Shown: positions 11,745 through 24,991 of the stretch, piece after piece
How the letters are laid out: each line of letters begins with the position of its first letter
Position numbering within the stretch: the stretch's first letter is position 1
Source: Octopus vulgaris
Taxonomy: Eukaryota
Length of the DNA: 64,000 nucleotides
Assembly (NCBI GenBank): GCA_951406725.2
Contig: OX597814.1
Coordinates: forward strand, 97,464,001 to 97,528,000
Reading direction: 5' to 3'
Notes under the pieces: model-generated
Database searches by the model: none
Told to the model about the DNA's origin: nothing
Seen by the model: only the letters and a program-made list of their open reading frames with translations
Made by a program: the position numbers and the translations under genes

Positions 11745-12120
11745 AGGTGCAGGCTTCCCAACCACATGGTTCCGGCTCCAGTCCCACTGTGTGACACCTT
11801 GGGTAAGTGTCTTCTGCTATAACTTCGGGCCGACTAAAACCTTGTGAGTGGTTTTGGTAAACAGAAACTGAAAGAAACCCGTCTTAATGCGCGCGCGTAT
11901 GTGTATGTCTGTTCGCGCGCGCGCGTATGTGTATGTCTGTTCGCGCGCGCGCGTATTTGTATCCCTCCACCGCTTGACAACCGGTGTTGGTGTGCTTACG
12001 TCCCCGTAACTTAGCGGTTCGGTGAAATTGACTAATAGAATGAGTATCAGGCGTTAAGAAATAAGCCGATTCATTCGATTAATGTCTCAGCATAATTTCA
12101 GTCAAATGACTAATAAAAGA
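11745..12120 (+). mobile_element. SINE family B
   Basis: ccaaccacatggttccggctccagtcccactgtgtgacaccttgggtaagtgtc (CORE-like) ... taacttagcggttcgg. Confidence 0.85.
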
Positions 12121-12649
12121 ATTCCATCCCTCATCATCGATGTGACATAATCTCAATCAAGACTTGTTTAAACGATAAACAATTTTACAAGAGATTAACT
12201 TAAGGCCGCTAAAATGACCTAATTATTCACCAGTTCACACAAGGATATAAGAGAATAATAGATTTGGATGAAAATTTACCAAATAGGTTTGCATAAATAT
12301 TTATTGAAATATATACATATATGTGAGTGAGTGTGGTTGTGCGTGAGTAAGCGTGCGTGCATGTGTAAAGTGAACAAGTGAATGAGTGAGTGAGTGAATG
12401 AGTGAGTGAGCGTGCATGCGTGTGTAACTGTGAGTGAGTGAGTGAGTGAGTGAGTGACTGACTGACTGACTGAGTGACTGACTGAGTGAGTGAATGAATG
12501 AATGAATGAGTGAGTGTGCATGCATGTATGACTGTGAGTGAGTGAGTGTGTAAATGTATGTGTTTGTGGGCAATTGCGTGTGTTTGTGCGCGCGAGCAGT
12601 ATACCTGACTATATTTCTCATCCTACTCTCTGCGTTCCGAGTTCAAATC

Positions 12650-15610
12650 TCGTCATGCGGAGGTGATGCTGCTAAACTGTCAACCGGTTTAACATCACTT
12701 GACATATCAGTTGCCCTTAACAGAGCTCGCTCAGTTGCAAGCATTGAGGTCAGATTTCCAGTTTGAGGAAACATTCCTCCTTCCCTCGTAGAGGCCTTTT
12801 AAAAGATCCTAGGAACTGTCCAGGCGCGGTCCCAGGAATTTTTCGAAGAAAGGGCACAAGGTCAGAAGGGAATACAATTCCAGGAGAAAAGGGCGTAATA
12901 ACATTATTTAGAAGGCCAGGTCGCTCTTTAGCGCTACTGGTAACATGTGACCCAGTACAAGCTGTCACATGGTCGGGTCGTCGGCGACTAAACTGGCAAC
13001 CCCATCAAGCTTGCTTGGTGAAGAGGGTGACGTTGGACACCATGCGGGACGAAAAATAAGACCTACCAAAGGGCGAGGGAACTGCTGTGTAGTCAACAGC
13101 CAGTTCAACAATGTTTGATAGCGACGCGTGTGTGAAAGTTTGTGTGTGTGTGTGTTTTGCGTGTGTATTTTTTGTGAGTGTTGTATTTTATATATTGTAT
13201 AATTTTTTTATGTGCTTTACATGTACTTCTATATCCCCGAATTTATTTTATTCTCATCTCTATTTTATCTTCATTTTTCTATCTGTGATTGTGGTATGTG
13301 GGGTACATCCCACATGGCGTAACGTCCATGCCCTGCATAACTGGAATGGGGTAGACAAGACACCTTGAGCCGAAGTGAAGGCAGCCTGCCTAGGAGAAGG
13401 AAATCTTTTATAAGAAAAACCAGCCAAGGAATTGAAATACTAAGTTGTTGTCTGGCGCGGGATAAATTTACCTCCATGGCTAGGCTTAGGCTTTGGAGGG
13501 CAATCTCCCTTGAGATGGTATCTTGTATGTAAAAATACCCGGATGTAGAACTGGCAGTTCACTTCTGTATCAGCTACCGAAAGAATTACCATGACGTACA
13601 CTTGCAGCGCCAGGGTTCGAGCCATTGCTTGTTCAGTTCCAAATTCTCACCTTACTTCCCATGAAACGTATGACCAGCTACCTCTAAACTCTTTAGAGCG
13701 AGGTAGCTGTGAAGAAGTAGATGTAGATGCAGGAACAAAAAACAAATTTATGAAGTGCAAAAGACATGTTGCCCGCAGCACTTTTAACTCACGAACTTTA
13801 TCAAAGACAAACAAAAAGCAAGAACTTCTGCATTGTATAAAGAAGAACAAAGTTGATGTCTTGAGCATCCAGGAACTCAGGCATCATCACCCTGACACAG
13901 ATTTGAAGCATACTAACCTTGATAGATACCAACTTATTACGGCCTCTGCTATTAAAAATTCCCAGGGCTCCACTATAGGCGGTGTTGGTATTCTCCTGTC
14001 TCCAAGGGCCTCAGGGAACTTGCTCTCTGTTGAGAAAATACCTGATCGCATAATTGTTGCTGAGCTGAGAAGAAACTCTCAAACCATATTCATTACGTGT
14101 TATTGCCAAGTTAACACAAGTGATGAGAAACTTGCAGACGGTTTCAACTTCGATTTGAAGGGAGTAACGGAAAGTGTCCCTTCCCACAACCTCCTTGTTA
14201 TAGCAGGTAATTTTAATGGCCAAATTGGGAGGGATGAGGCTCTGCTCACCTATAACAAGGAGACTAACCGGAACGGGATAAAACTGATTGATTTTGCTCA
14301 CGAGTTCCAACTTCAGATTGCAAACACGGTTCATGAAACACCCAAAGCGTTTGTGGGCATTCCACCACCTATCTGGATCTTATTCACAAATTGACTACAT
14401 ACTGTGAGAATCAAGTGGAAGAACAGTGTCCGAAATGCAGAGGCATACTCCTCCTTTACATCTATTGGCTCAGATCATAGAGTTATTTCCATATACACTG
14501 TTCTCAGCCTTAGATCACCAAAACCACCAATCCCGAACCCCATGAAACAGGTGGACTGGTCCAAGGTATCATCAGATAAAGGCTTAGAGCACTCATTTGC
14601 AGTAGATGTTAAAAACCGTTTTGAAATGCTCTCAGAGCACACTGACGACATTGAAACACGATATAATAAACTTGTAGCAGCCACAGAAGAAATTTCCCTT
14701 TCAAAACTACCAAAGAAGGAAAGAATAAAGTACAGACCAATTCATGCAGATGTCCGTATGAGAGAAGCAAGGAAGCATCTAGAAAGATTGAAACTGAGAC
14801 ATAAACAGAAGCCTACTAAAAATAACTTCAAAGATGCTTCCAAAGTTCAAGGTACACTAGATGAAGCACATTCCAATGTAGAAACAGATTACATTCTAGC
14901 TGAGCTTAACAGAATTGCAAACTTGCATACTGCAAAGCAACATGCTGCAGTATGGAAATTAATAAACACATTAACTGGAAGAAAATTTAAGCCCTCCATC
15001 AAGCTTAAAGGTGGTTCCTCTGAGAACCACCACAAGCCAGCGGTCTTCCACTTCCTCTACACCAAATATCTAATGTATTACACATCAGCACGGACCTTTT
15101 CACACTCGATGATCTCAAAGTAGCTCTCAGTAGTTTTGCTAACAATAAATTTCCAGGACTCGATAACATACCAACATTACTATGGAAAGATCCAATATTT
15201 CATGAAACCTTACTAGGTTTCTGCAATGACACATATGCACATCATTTGCCTCCATCAGATTGATTGAAGGGTAAAATTGTCCCTGTCACAAAAAAAAAGG
15301 TAATCTAACAAGTGCAGCAAATTATAGAGGCTTTACTCTGATCCCAATTGCAGCAAAAATTAATAGGATTGTACCTATCCTCGATCCACTTCTTCGTAAG
15401 AATCAGAATGGATTTAGAAGGGGCTGGTCAACAACTGTTCAATTCCTCTCCATCCATCGCATACCGGAAGAAATGAAAAAGTTTAACAAGAGCATCACAG
15501 TCTGTTTTCGCAAACCATTTCCTCTCAGGATCGTTGATTCTATCAGAGCGCTGTACACAAACACCACTGCCACAGTTATATCTCCTGATGGAGAGACTGA
15601 TTTCTTATTA
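12650..15610 (+). mobile_element. RTE-type LINE relic: 5' region, APE endonuclease and start of RT, 3'-truncated
   Basis: ORF 13591-14394 has TFNSRTL, DVLSIQELR, IGGVGILLS, IAGNFNGQIG; ORF 14404-15123 has SIGSDHR; downstream NYRGFTLIPIAAK, LRKNQNGFRRGWST, VISPDGETDF; frameshifted; 5' boundary approximate. Confidence 0.9.
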
Positions 15611-15669
15611 TATACACACACATGCACACATATGTGTGTGTGTATATAATGGTGAAATTAATATTAGTC

Positions 15670-15845
15670 TCAAATTTGGAACAAGGCCAGCGACATTGAC
15701 TCCAGTTATCGACTGCTACATATTTTATCAACCCCGAAAGGATGAAAGGCAAAGTCGATCTCAGTAGAATTTGAACTCAGAACGGTGGACGAAATGCCGC
15801 TAAGTATTTTGCCCGGCTTGCTAACGATTCTGCTGGCTCGCCGCC
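15670..15845 (-). mobile_element. SINE family A
   Basis: Reverse complement of the family A consensus. Confidence 0.8.
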
Positions 15846-16907
15846 CCTATGTTGAAATGAATATTAAGAAAAGGACGGTGGATTCGTAATTTGTGGAATC
15901 GTCAAAGAGAGAAATGTGGTGAGATTATGTCTTTAGTATCATAGCTGATGATTGGGTGCGAGGGGAGGTCCGCTTTGGCCGACGGTTTTATGGGGATGGT
16001 ACTTTTTGGTTTGCTTTATAAGCCTGTATAGGTGGCCGGGGCTCAGCGGTCTGCCAACTCATCGGTTGCCCTGGATTGCAGGCACAAGTTACACAACTCT
16101 ATATCTTGCAGTATTTAATCATGACCTTTTATATTCTGAGTTCTAATTCCGTCGTGATCAACTTTGCCTTTCGGAGCAGATAAAATTAAGTGCCAGTGGT
16201 CGACTTAATCAACAATACCACACCACCACCTCCACAACCATCAAAGCTACCACCACCACCACAACCACCACAACCAGCCAGCCAGCCAGCCAGCCAGCAG
16301 CAAAAACACTGTGTGACCTTGTACCGGTGTTAGAAATTAATATAATGAATAGCTTGAAAATTAATTAGATATCAAATTTCGCAGAGAGTGAAAAATTATA
16401 ATTGGAAAATATTTTCACGATAGGGAGAGAGAGCTACATTGTGTTTAAGAGTATAATAGAAATTGTATCTTGGATTTTCTGCACTTCATTCACATATTTT
16501 TAAGCAGCTGTTATTATAACGCTTTGTAGTTTTCCAGTTTATGATGGAGTATACACCCTTACACTATAAGAATTTAGAAACTTCGATAGACTTGAAATAA
16601 ATCGTTTTTAGTTGTAAAACTCGAAGAAGATAAAGCTAGAAATAATAGTGTGCAAATATTAGGTTAAAAAGACAAAAAAAACTGTGAGGCAGCCTTCGAT
16701 TTTTACCACCCAAGATTTTTCTTTTTTTTTAACCCAGTACTTAAAACTTGAGCTCTACTGTTGAAAACAGTTTATTACACTTACACTAATAGACACGGAT
16801 GCATACACACACACACACACACACACATACACACACACGCATACATACATACATACATACATACATACATACATACATACATACATACATACATACATAC
16901 ATACAAA

Positions 16908-17138
16908 GGATCTTTTCTAAAAGTTAGAAAAGATCCCATATGGATAATGATATCAGCTCAAAACAAAGAATACCATTGGGTAAAATTCGAATAATTAAAC
17001 TACGTTAAACTTAGAAATTACAATTTCGTTTTCAATTTGGTTTACAATAATGTTTTCTTTTGACACATTCTACCAGTATACGAAGTTTCAAATTTTCTAG
17101 TTAACTAGAAAATTCTGTCCATCTTTTAGAAAAGATCC
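16908..17138. mobile_element. MITE with GGATCTTTTC terminal inverted repeats, inserted in (TACA)n
   Basis: ggatcttttctaaaag ... cttttagaaaagatcc; shares acattctaccagtatacgaagttt with the 33079-33866 element. Confidence 0.75.
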
Positions 17139-17236
17139 CATACATACATACATACATACATACATGTAGTTCAATACATTTTGAGTACTGATCATGCTGG
17201 AGCGCTGTTTTGTGTGTGTGTGTGCGCGTGTGTATG

Positions 17237-17298
<62 letters not shown>

Positions 17299-17439
17299 AA
17301 GTCTGTGTGTATAAAAGAATTAAAACAAATGTTTGGTTCGAAGGAGGAGTGTTCTGTTTTTTTTTTATTCCATTTCGATCGAACAGTTCTACTTGAATCA
17401 CTTTAAGTACTTCATACTCGAAGTACAATCGCTTTCAAT

Positions 17440-17483
<44 letters not shown>

Positions 17484-17760
17484 TGTTGTTGTTGTTGTTG
17501 TTGTTGTTGCTGTCATCGTTACAACTATCGTTTTCATTAATGTTGTTGTTATTGTCCTGGTCTATGAACAACTGCTAGACCCAACCTACCAGCAAGAAAA
17601 ACTTCCTAACTAGAATTTTTTGGTTGTCATAGTAACCGTTTATTAATAAGGAAAGCGTCGAACCAAAATGTCATGTACTAATTAATGACGCGTTTGAAGG
17701 CTCTGTAAGGTTTGATGGGAACTGCTTAAATATTTCATATCAAGTTACACACCAAAATCA

Positions 17761-17811
17761 AGAGCGCGGGCTACTAACCCCAAGATTCCGAGTTCAATTC
17801 CAACCAGTTAT

Positions 17812-17880
<69 letters not shown>

Positions 17881-18028
17881 TTCGAAAAATACCTTAGGAA
17901 TGAGAACCCAAGTTCGAAATTTCCCCAAGACACCTGATGAAGGCTGGAGGGTATATCAGCCGAAACGTTGTGTTAACAACAAACAAGATGAGGACAAATA
18001 TCCGTCAAATGTAAATAATGTAAATAAT
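17761..18028 (+). mobile_element. SINE-like unit: tRNA-like head, (AAT)n, hammerhead-containing tail
   Basis: aagattccgagttcaattcc (B box, tRNA-Arg-like T arm), (AAT)n 17815-17879, hammerhead 17929-17974, short tandem tail aatgtaaat x2. Confidence 0.65.
17929..17974 (+). ncRNA. Minimal type I hammerhead ribozyme
   Basis: Stem I gacac/gtgtt, CUGAUGA 17934-17940, stem II ggctgg/tcagcc, GAAAC 17962-17966, GUU cleavage triplet, loopless palindromic stem III (ACGU). Confidence 0.8.
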
Positions 18029-18230
18029 GATAAATTCAGTCTGAGTGGACAATCATCAGCGCTCCTAAGGGACTCTTAGGACCCGAATGATTTTATCAGT
18101 TTGATGACGAAAATGAAAATATTAAAATGGTTCTAAATTTGAAGATATTTGGTACCCTTTACCTTCAAATAAAAAGCTGCTGTTAGTAGGTTAACTCAGT
18201 TGGGTGCTGTGTTTATGACAAAAGAATATG

Positions 18231-18454
18231 CAGCAATCCCTCGACTATTGCGGGTGTTACCTTCCCCCAAAAACCCCACGATAGGTGAAAATCCGTGAAG
18301 TAGAAACAGTACTGTACTGTATATTTTTGAAATTATTTTTATAATTTCTATATATTTATCTTTTTATAAATGCAAAACAACACTACGGAGGAATCGACGT
18401 AAGCTTAAATAATAAACAGCGATAGGTGAACCGTGATATGGCGAGGGATTAGTG
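18231..18454 (+). mobile_element. pogo/Tigger-type MITE
   Basis: TIR cagcaatccctcg...cgagggattagtg, TA on the right flank. Confidence 0.85.
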
Positions 18455-20004
18455 TATCCATTAAAGTGTGGAATTCTTTGTATGTTATTTTCGGAGGAAG
18501 ATGTTTTTATTCAGTTTTACAGAAGTCGTTATTTAGACTTTAAAAAAATATAAATATACCATAAAAACAAACATTTGTATCAACCAGAAATGATTAGGTG
18601 GACCGACTGAATGCTAACGCTTGGATGATGCTTGTTTAATTTCCAAAAGCCAAAGAGAATCTTGTCTGTCTTCTTCACAATCCGGTCGCTGTGTTTATAG
18701 AAGGAACATACAGAGATTTATTAAGTCTCCATAATCAGTTCAAAGACTTTTATGCAGTACCTATCCTTGCGTAGAACTTCCAGACAAAAAAAAATCCATG
18801 TTAAAATAATCATGCATATTTATAATTTGCATACTAATACCAAATATTTCTTCATATTTACAAGTTATCAACACTTCAACGAATGAAATTTTTTTTAAAT
18901 GTTATTTATATATAAACGGGACTTGTGTTTCTTGGTGATAGGAAAAATAGAATAGATTCTTTTTTACCCAACCTTAAGGTATTCAGGATAAACAATTGTA
19001 TTAGTGGAAAAGATATTGTGGTACACGTTGCTGATGGAGACCAATTTGCAATTGGAATCAACTATCATTAAAATTGCTGCATAGGATTCACCCACCGACA
19101 CCCTGATCGTAAGCAGGGTCCAAAGCTCAACAAACATTGATCTTGAAGCAACAGTAGAAAATGAGCTATTGCAAATCATCAAAAAAGTTGCTGCAAGGCA
19201 CAAAATTATTGCACTGAAAGATTCGATATTTATGTTGAAAGAAAGATGGCAGTAAAAGGATATCTAGATGTCTGTGAATCAAATTCGTTTGAAAGAAAGA
19301 ATGTGTGAACACCTTCTAGTTACGAGTAGAAAATAGATTCTGTCACAGAGTGTTCATTTGTTCAGAGACAGTCAGAAATATTAGTTCAGATGGCTATCTG
19401 TCACGTTATTACTTGCAGCATCAGTTCTACGTAAAGCAATTCTAAAGAAATGCAATTTTATACATCCAAGTGGTCACTTCCAAGTTGTTGTGAAGAGTCA
19501 GCTGTTTCTAAATAACTGAAGTAGTTTCCTTCTGTTAGCTGCTTGTGTGGCCTAAACCACCTCACACTGGAAAAATTTTAAGGAGGGTCCTCTCTGTAAG
19601 TCAAAATAGCTATGCTGAATATGATTTCTTTTGTAAACTTTAAGCATAAATCACACTTTTTGCGGAGTGTTTAAGCCTGAAATAACACCCCCAAAGATCA
19701 AGAATCTGGTAAATTATTAACCGTTTGAATGTGTCCTATAAGAGGAGCTTTATTATAAATTGTCACAGACTATTACTGAGCAAACTAATGTTAACTGATA
19801 TTGTCTGTTTGCTCTAATAATGATTTGCCTTCACTATTGAATGGTCTTGATCATAACATTACATGTAGAGAAACACATCATTTTCCCGTGAAAATGGAAT
19901 TTCATATTTTTTAGTTGACATCATTAGAAAAGGTTAGATTTGATTTGGATTAAGTATCTATGAAATTGACTTCCAAATGAGTGAGTCAAGCGATACTGGA
20001 TTTA

Positions 20005-20415
20005 TTCTTATTTCTTTATTGCCCACAAGGGGCTAAAAATAGAGGGGACAAACAAGGACAGACAAAGGGATAAAGTCGATTACATCGACCCCAGTGCATA
20101 ACTGATACTTAATTTATCGACCCCGAAAGGATGGAAGGCAAAGTCGACCTCGGCGGAATTTGAACTCAGAACGTAACGACAGACGAAATACCTATTTCTT
20201 TACTACCCACAAGGGGCTAAACACAGAGGGGACAAACAAGGACAGACAAACAGATTAAGTCGATTATATCGACCCCAATGCGTTACTGGTACTTATTTAA
20301 TCGACCCCGAAAGGATGAAAGGCAAAGTCGACCTCGGTGGAATGTGAACTTAGAACGTAACGGCAGACGAAATACCGCTAAGCATTTCGTGCTAACGATT
20401 CTGCCAGCTCGCCTC
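20005..20415 (-). mobile_element. SINE family A dimer
   Basis: Two tandem reverse-complement copies; flanks tactggatttattct / tactgctttattct look like a decayed TSD. Confidence 0.88.
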
Positions 20416-20479
20416 CCTTACTGCTTTATTCTATCATCCTGTTTGTTCGCCTCTGTGTGGCAATAAAATTTTATAATTC

Positions 20480-22040
20480 AACTTCTAGTAGAATATCTAA
20501 GATCAATTACCTTGAGTTCATTTGATAAGAAACGCGAATATGTAAAGCGAAGATAGCAAACTGAACAACATGAGGTTGTCGAAGATAACCATTCTAGCAA
20601 CAACACAAAAAGGCATTTAAACTGGTTAAAAAGCTCCTCCAAAGATATAAGCATACAGTAAATACCATGATAAATAATCATGCAAACATGATGAAAAAGA
20701 AATACTGGAAAGGAGGACAGAAATGCTCAAAGCTGTATGTATGACCAGAGCTGTAGAGATCCAATTGTGCTGAGCTTACAGGAATTTTCAAATGACAATG
20801 ACTCCCCAGTTATGCAAAATAAAGTTAAAGCTGCGGTAAGGTTCCTGAAGGATGGGAAATCAGTAGGCGTCGACAACATTCCTACTGAGCTACTAATGCA
20901 CAGGGGGAGAAGCCACAACAGACATCTTTATGGCGATCTGTAATGAAATCTAACAGAATGGAGAATGGCCGATATTCTGGACTGAACCTCTAACTATAAA
21001 GCTTTCTAAAAAAAAAAATGATAATGCACAACAATGTTGGGATTATCGCACTATCAGCAAGATCAGCCATGTAAGCAGAGTAATGTTCAGAGCGATACTA
21101 AATAGATTGAGTCACCAGGCAGAACACATCACAGCCGAGGAACAAGTAGACTCCTATAAAGCTTAAGTACTACTGAGCAGATCAATCTTCGTAGCTTCAG
21201 TGAGAAATATTTCCAACTCCAGAAAGAGCTATACCATGTCTTTATAGATTTTTAAAAAAGAATTTGATAGAGTCTAGCATGATGCTCTTTGAGGCCTTGA
21301 AAAATTCAACATGAAAGAAAAGCTGACTCATACTATTCAACAACTTTATATCAAGACAACCAGTGTAGTACTCTCACACAAAGCACCTTCGGAGAGTGGT
21401 TCAATTCTAACTGTTGCATCCTTTCCCCCACTCCCTTCAACTTCTTGAAGAGGATCATGAACGATACCTTGATGACCATGTCGGCGCAGTCAATATCGGA
21501 AATTTGAACATCACAGATCTAAGATCTACTGATATAATGATGACGGGTTGGATAGGAAGAATTGAATTAGTCAAGTACCTTGATAGAGCTTCCGCCAAAT
21601 TTAGGATGGCAATCAGTGCTGGAAAAACCAAACTCATGACGAATGACAATGATGCCACCTCAACAAATATATCTATAGGAAGACAAACTAGAGATATTGT
21701 AACAGCTAAAATATTTGAGAGCAATTGTTAATGATAAAGCATCAAGGTCTAAAATCCTCGCAAGAATTATGTAGACAATTATTACACCGAACCAATACGG
21801 AGAGATAAGAACATCACTATGAATAGCAAAATCAAACTCCTACATTCACTAGCATTTTCCATTTTTCTGTGCGAATTCGAAACATGGACTCTCACGGAAG
21901 AAATTTAGAAAAAAATTTGGGTGTTGGATATTATATACTATTGCTACGTCTTAGGTATTTCATACTGGAGCCACATCACGAATAAGCGAGTTCGTGAAAC
22001 AATCCAGTATAACATTAGCTCCCATGAAGATCTCAAAGAA
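20480..22040 (+). mobile_element. RTE (BovB-like) LINE RT relic, many stops
   Basis: VKAAVRFLKDGKSVGVDNIPTELL, DYRTISKISHVSRVM, YHVFIDF..FDRV, ITDLRSTD (decayed NLRFADD), ISAGKTKLM, ETWTL. Confidence 0.88.
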
Positions 22041-23455
22041 TAAATAAAGAAATAATACACGGTAGCGTTTGTTTAGTAGTTTCAAGATTAAAAAAGCTGG
22101 CATAACTTTTTGGCAAACACTAATTACAAAATCATAGGTTTCAGAAATTATAGAAGACGGTAAGTCTGTTTAAATAACCTCGAATGATTAATTACTCAAT
22201 GCATGAAATAAAACTCCAATGGGACAATGTAATCATGGGAAGGAAGATAATGATGATCTAGTAAAGTTTCATAATGCCTAACGATATTCATCTCTTGGGA
22301 TGGTTCTTATTGGAGACTGATATTGTAGTCATACATTTCCACCACATAATCCCTGCAAATCTAGAAGTAGAAATCTGTATTTTTTCAATACTGGAAAGGA
22401 ACCAAAATATCTTTTAAGCGTGTTATTTCAGGTTTCAGAACAAACATGCAAAGCAATAGATCTCTTTCATGCTTTCTCTGGATCAAAAAATAGATCGACT
22501 TTTAAGTTTAAGAGAAAGCGATATAGTTTCATGACTAAACTATCACATCTATCGAAAAATTCACAATTCCCTCTATATTATGTACATCAGTATAGTTATA
22601 CATCACTATAACTAAAAGCTGCTCAGATTCAGTTTTTCTACTGGGTATATTTCAATTAATATTGCACTGATGATGATAATGCCATTGTTCATCTCCTGAG
22701 ATTGAAGACGTTCTGTAAGAAAAGAAAAGATGTGGAAAGAACATCTCCGATAAGCAATATCTTGGATCAACATCTCAAAAGTAGCGCCTTTGAAGCAAGC
22801 ATATGAATTACAGTTCATGAGACGATGATGAATGTGCAAGAATTTTGCAATAATGGATCGCCTGAGAAAGATGAGAAACTGGTTCCAGCTTCGATACACT
22901 ATCCATTGAAAGCGGCGCTGTCTGTCTTGACATGAAGTACTCCTGCACGACATGTTTATTACGCAAGTATAAAAACAAAATTAAGATGTACATGTTTGGG
23001 TAGCAATATATGTGATAAATTAATGTTTTCAAAACAACTAACATTGATTTTTATTGGTATATTGATCCCAAATTGTAAGACACTATTTTTACAATATATA
23101 AAACTATTTATTGCATTTAACATCAGTTTTCTCAAAACATTGGTTGTTTAGAATCTTTGATGATCTATGTGTGGGCTATAAAATACATGTATATATTATA
23201 TAAACTTAGTTTGATGCTACAGTTGGCATTTTTTCCAATATAATATTGAATTATCTTCAAAACAACCTAATTTTAAAGGATTTACGCTTATATCATAAAC
23301 AGTATTTTTTAGTTAGAATATTTGTAAATACGATTGGTCTTCATTTGAAAGCAAATGACGCCAAATATGTTGAGATCAGATCATCAGCTCAACCTTTAAG
23401 GCTATATAAATATAGCAACTTACCTTGAAAATACGGTCTTCTGCCGTACCCATTA

Positions 23456-23671
23456 CAATAATCCCTCGCCATATCACGGTTCACCTATCGCGGTTTATTA
23501 TACAAGCTTATGTCGATTCCTCCATAGTGTTGTTTTGCATTTATAATAAAATAAATATATAGAAATTATAAAAATAAAAAAATGTAATACAGTACTGTTT
23601 TTACTTTGTGGATTTTCACCTATTGCGCGGTGTTTTGGAACGTAACGCACGCGATAATCGAGGGAATACTG
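23456..23671 (-). mobile_element. pogo/Tigger-type MITE, same family as 18231-18454, opposite orientation
   Basis: TA|caataatccctcg...cgagggaatactg|TA; whole body is the reverse complement of 18231-18454. Confidence 0.88.
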
Positions 23672-23961
23672 TACTGGACTGATCATCGTCCACCCAAGTT
23701 TCGGTTCTAATTTAGGTCCTTACATTAATGTGATTCCAAAAAGTAAATTGTTGCATCAATTTGAAATGACTGGTTACTAGGCAATGTCTTCTATGTGAGC
23801 TGTAAATGTTGTGGACGTGTAGTATGAACAGCTAACAAAGTTATAGCAGATTCATTAAAAAAGATGCAAGACAACTTCTTGTTATTGGCTTTTATTTTGA
23901 ACGCCTGCATCGCAAGCGTCGTGTTGTCGTGACCAATTAGTTTTTGAGTATCGTTTCTGGC

Positions 23962-24027
<66 letters not shown>

Positions 24028-24443
24028 TTGTGCGCGTGAGTGAAAACCGCCACTAAAGTTTGTCATGTCCAAATTTATCAGTGTAATTAGATATTTGAGG
24101 TTTCCTGTGTTGCGGCTATAAAAATCGTATCTTGAACTATAGTGACATTAATGTCGTAAGTGATAACATTTCTAAATGTGTTTCTTTATACCGTTAGTCT
24201 TATATTACACTTTTCTTATTTTGTTATATTTATTTACAATGTTTATTATATTTTAGAACTTAACAAAAGGTTAAATATAATGCAACCTGTGCTGCAGAAC
24301 TGTAGCATTCACAAAACGATAATAGTGGGACTTCCTATTTTTTTGCAATAATTGCCATTGTTATAGATTGCGAAATTTTGCAAAATTTTGGCAAATTATA
24401 TTGTTTGACTGTATCTATGAGGTTATTATGATGTCAACCAATA

Positions 24444-24991
24444 TCTATAATAATAAAAGCGAAATTATGTCTGTCCGTCTGAGACCCCTGGATCTCAGTC
24501 TACATTTGCTCTACATAGATATATTATACCTTTTTGAAATCAGAATGGTCCCGGGATTGAAAATCTACCCTTCATTCCGTTCTTAAACATCCATCATTGG
24601 GATTTGATTTAAAAGCATTTGGGTTGCTATCCCTTGCAGGCAAAGCTTGGTTGATTCACGCCATCTTGGTTGGCGTTTGTCAGATGACATCAGAGATCAA
24701 GGGTGGGAGTAGGGGTATAAATGACATTAGCTTCGTTAATTCTTCGTTAATTTTGTGACAAATTGGCCAGCAGTTAGAATTCAATATGGGATTGGAACAA
24801 TAGAATGATTGCATCACAGAATTTATTCTCAACCGTCCATAACCTCTGATCAAACACCACCGGGGCATACAGTCATTATAGATGTATTATAGTCATGCTG
24901 TTTAGCTCTCTTTATTTTTGGGCCCTAGGCCCAATTAGTCCTCCGCAGGACCTAGCTTAAAAGTCCGTGTAGAGTGCGGCTTTTGAGCTGG
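24444..24991 (+). mobile_element. Non-autonomous Helitron
   Basis: 5' A|TCTATAATAATAAAAG, subterminal hairpin ccgtg-tagag-tgcgg, 3' CTGG|T (CTRR), inserted between A and T with no TSD. Confidence 0.65.

Larger units (their letters stand above)
18041..23697 (+). mobile_element. AcademX-like DNA transposon relic (XPG-type nuclease), interrupted by MITEs, SINEs and a LINE
   Basis: 22220-22830 translates CNHGKED, LETDIVVI, FNTGKEPKYL, DLFHAFSGS, LDQHLKSSAFEASI*, resembling HEEAD / DTDV / FGTGK / FHAFSGCD / L.QH..RA.YQA.IW; candidate TIR 18041-18060 vs 23678-23697 (15/20). Confidence 0.6.
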
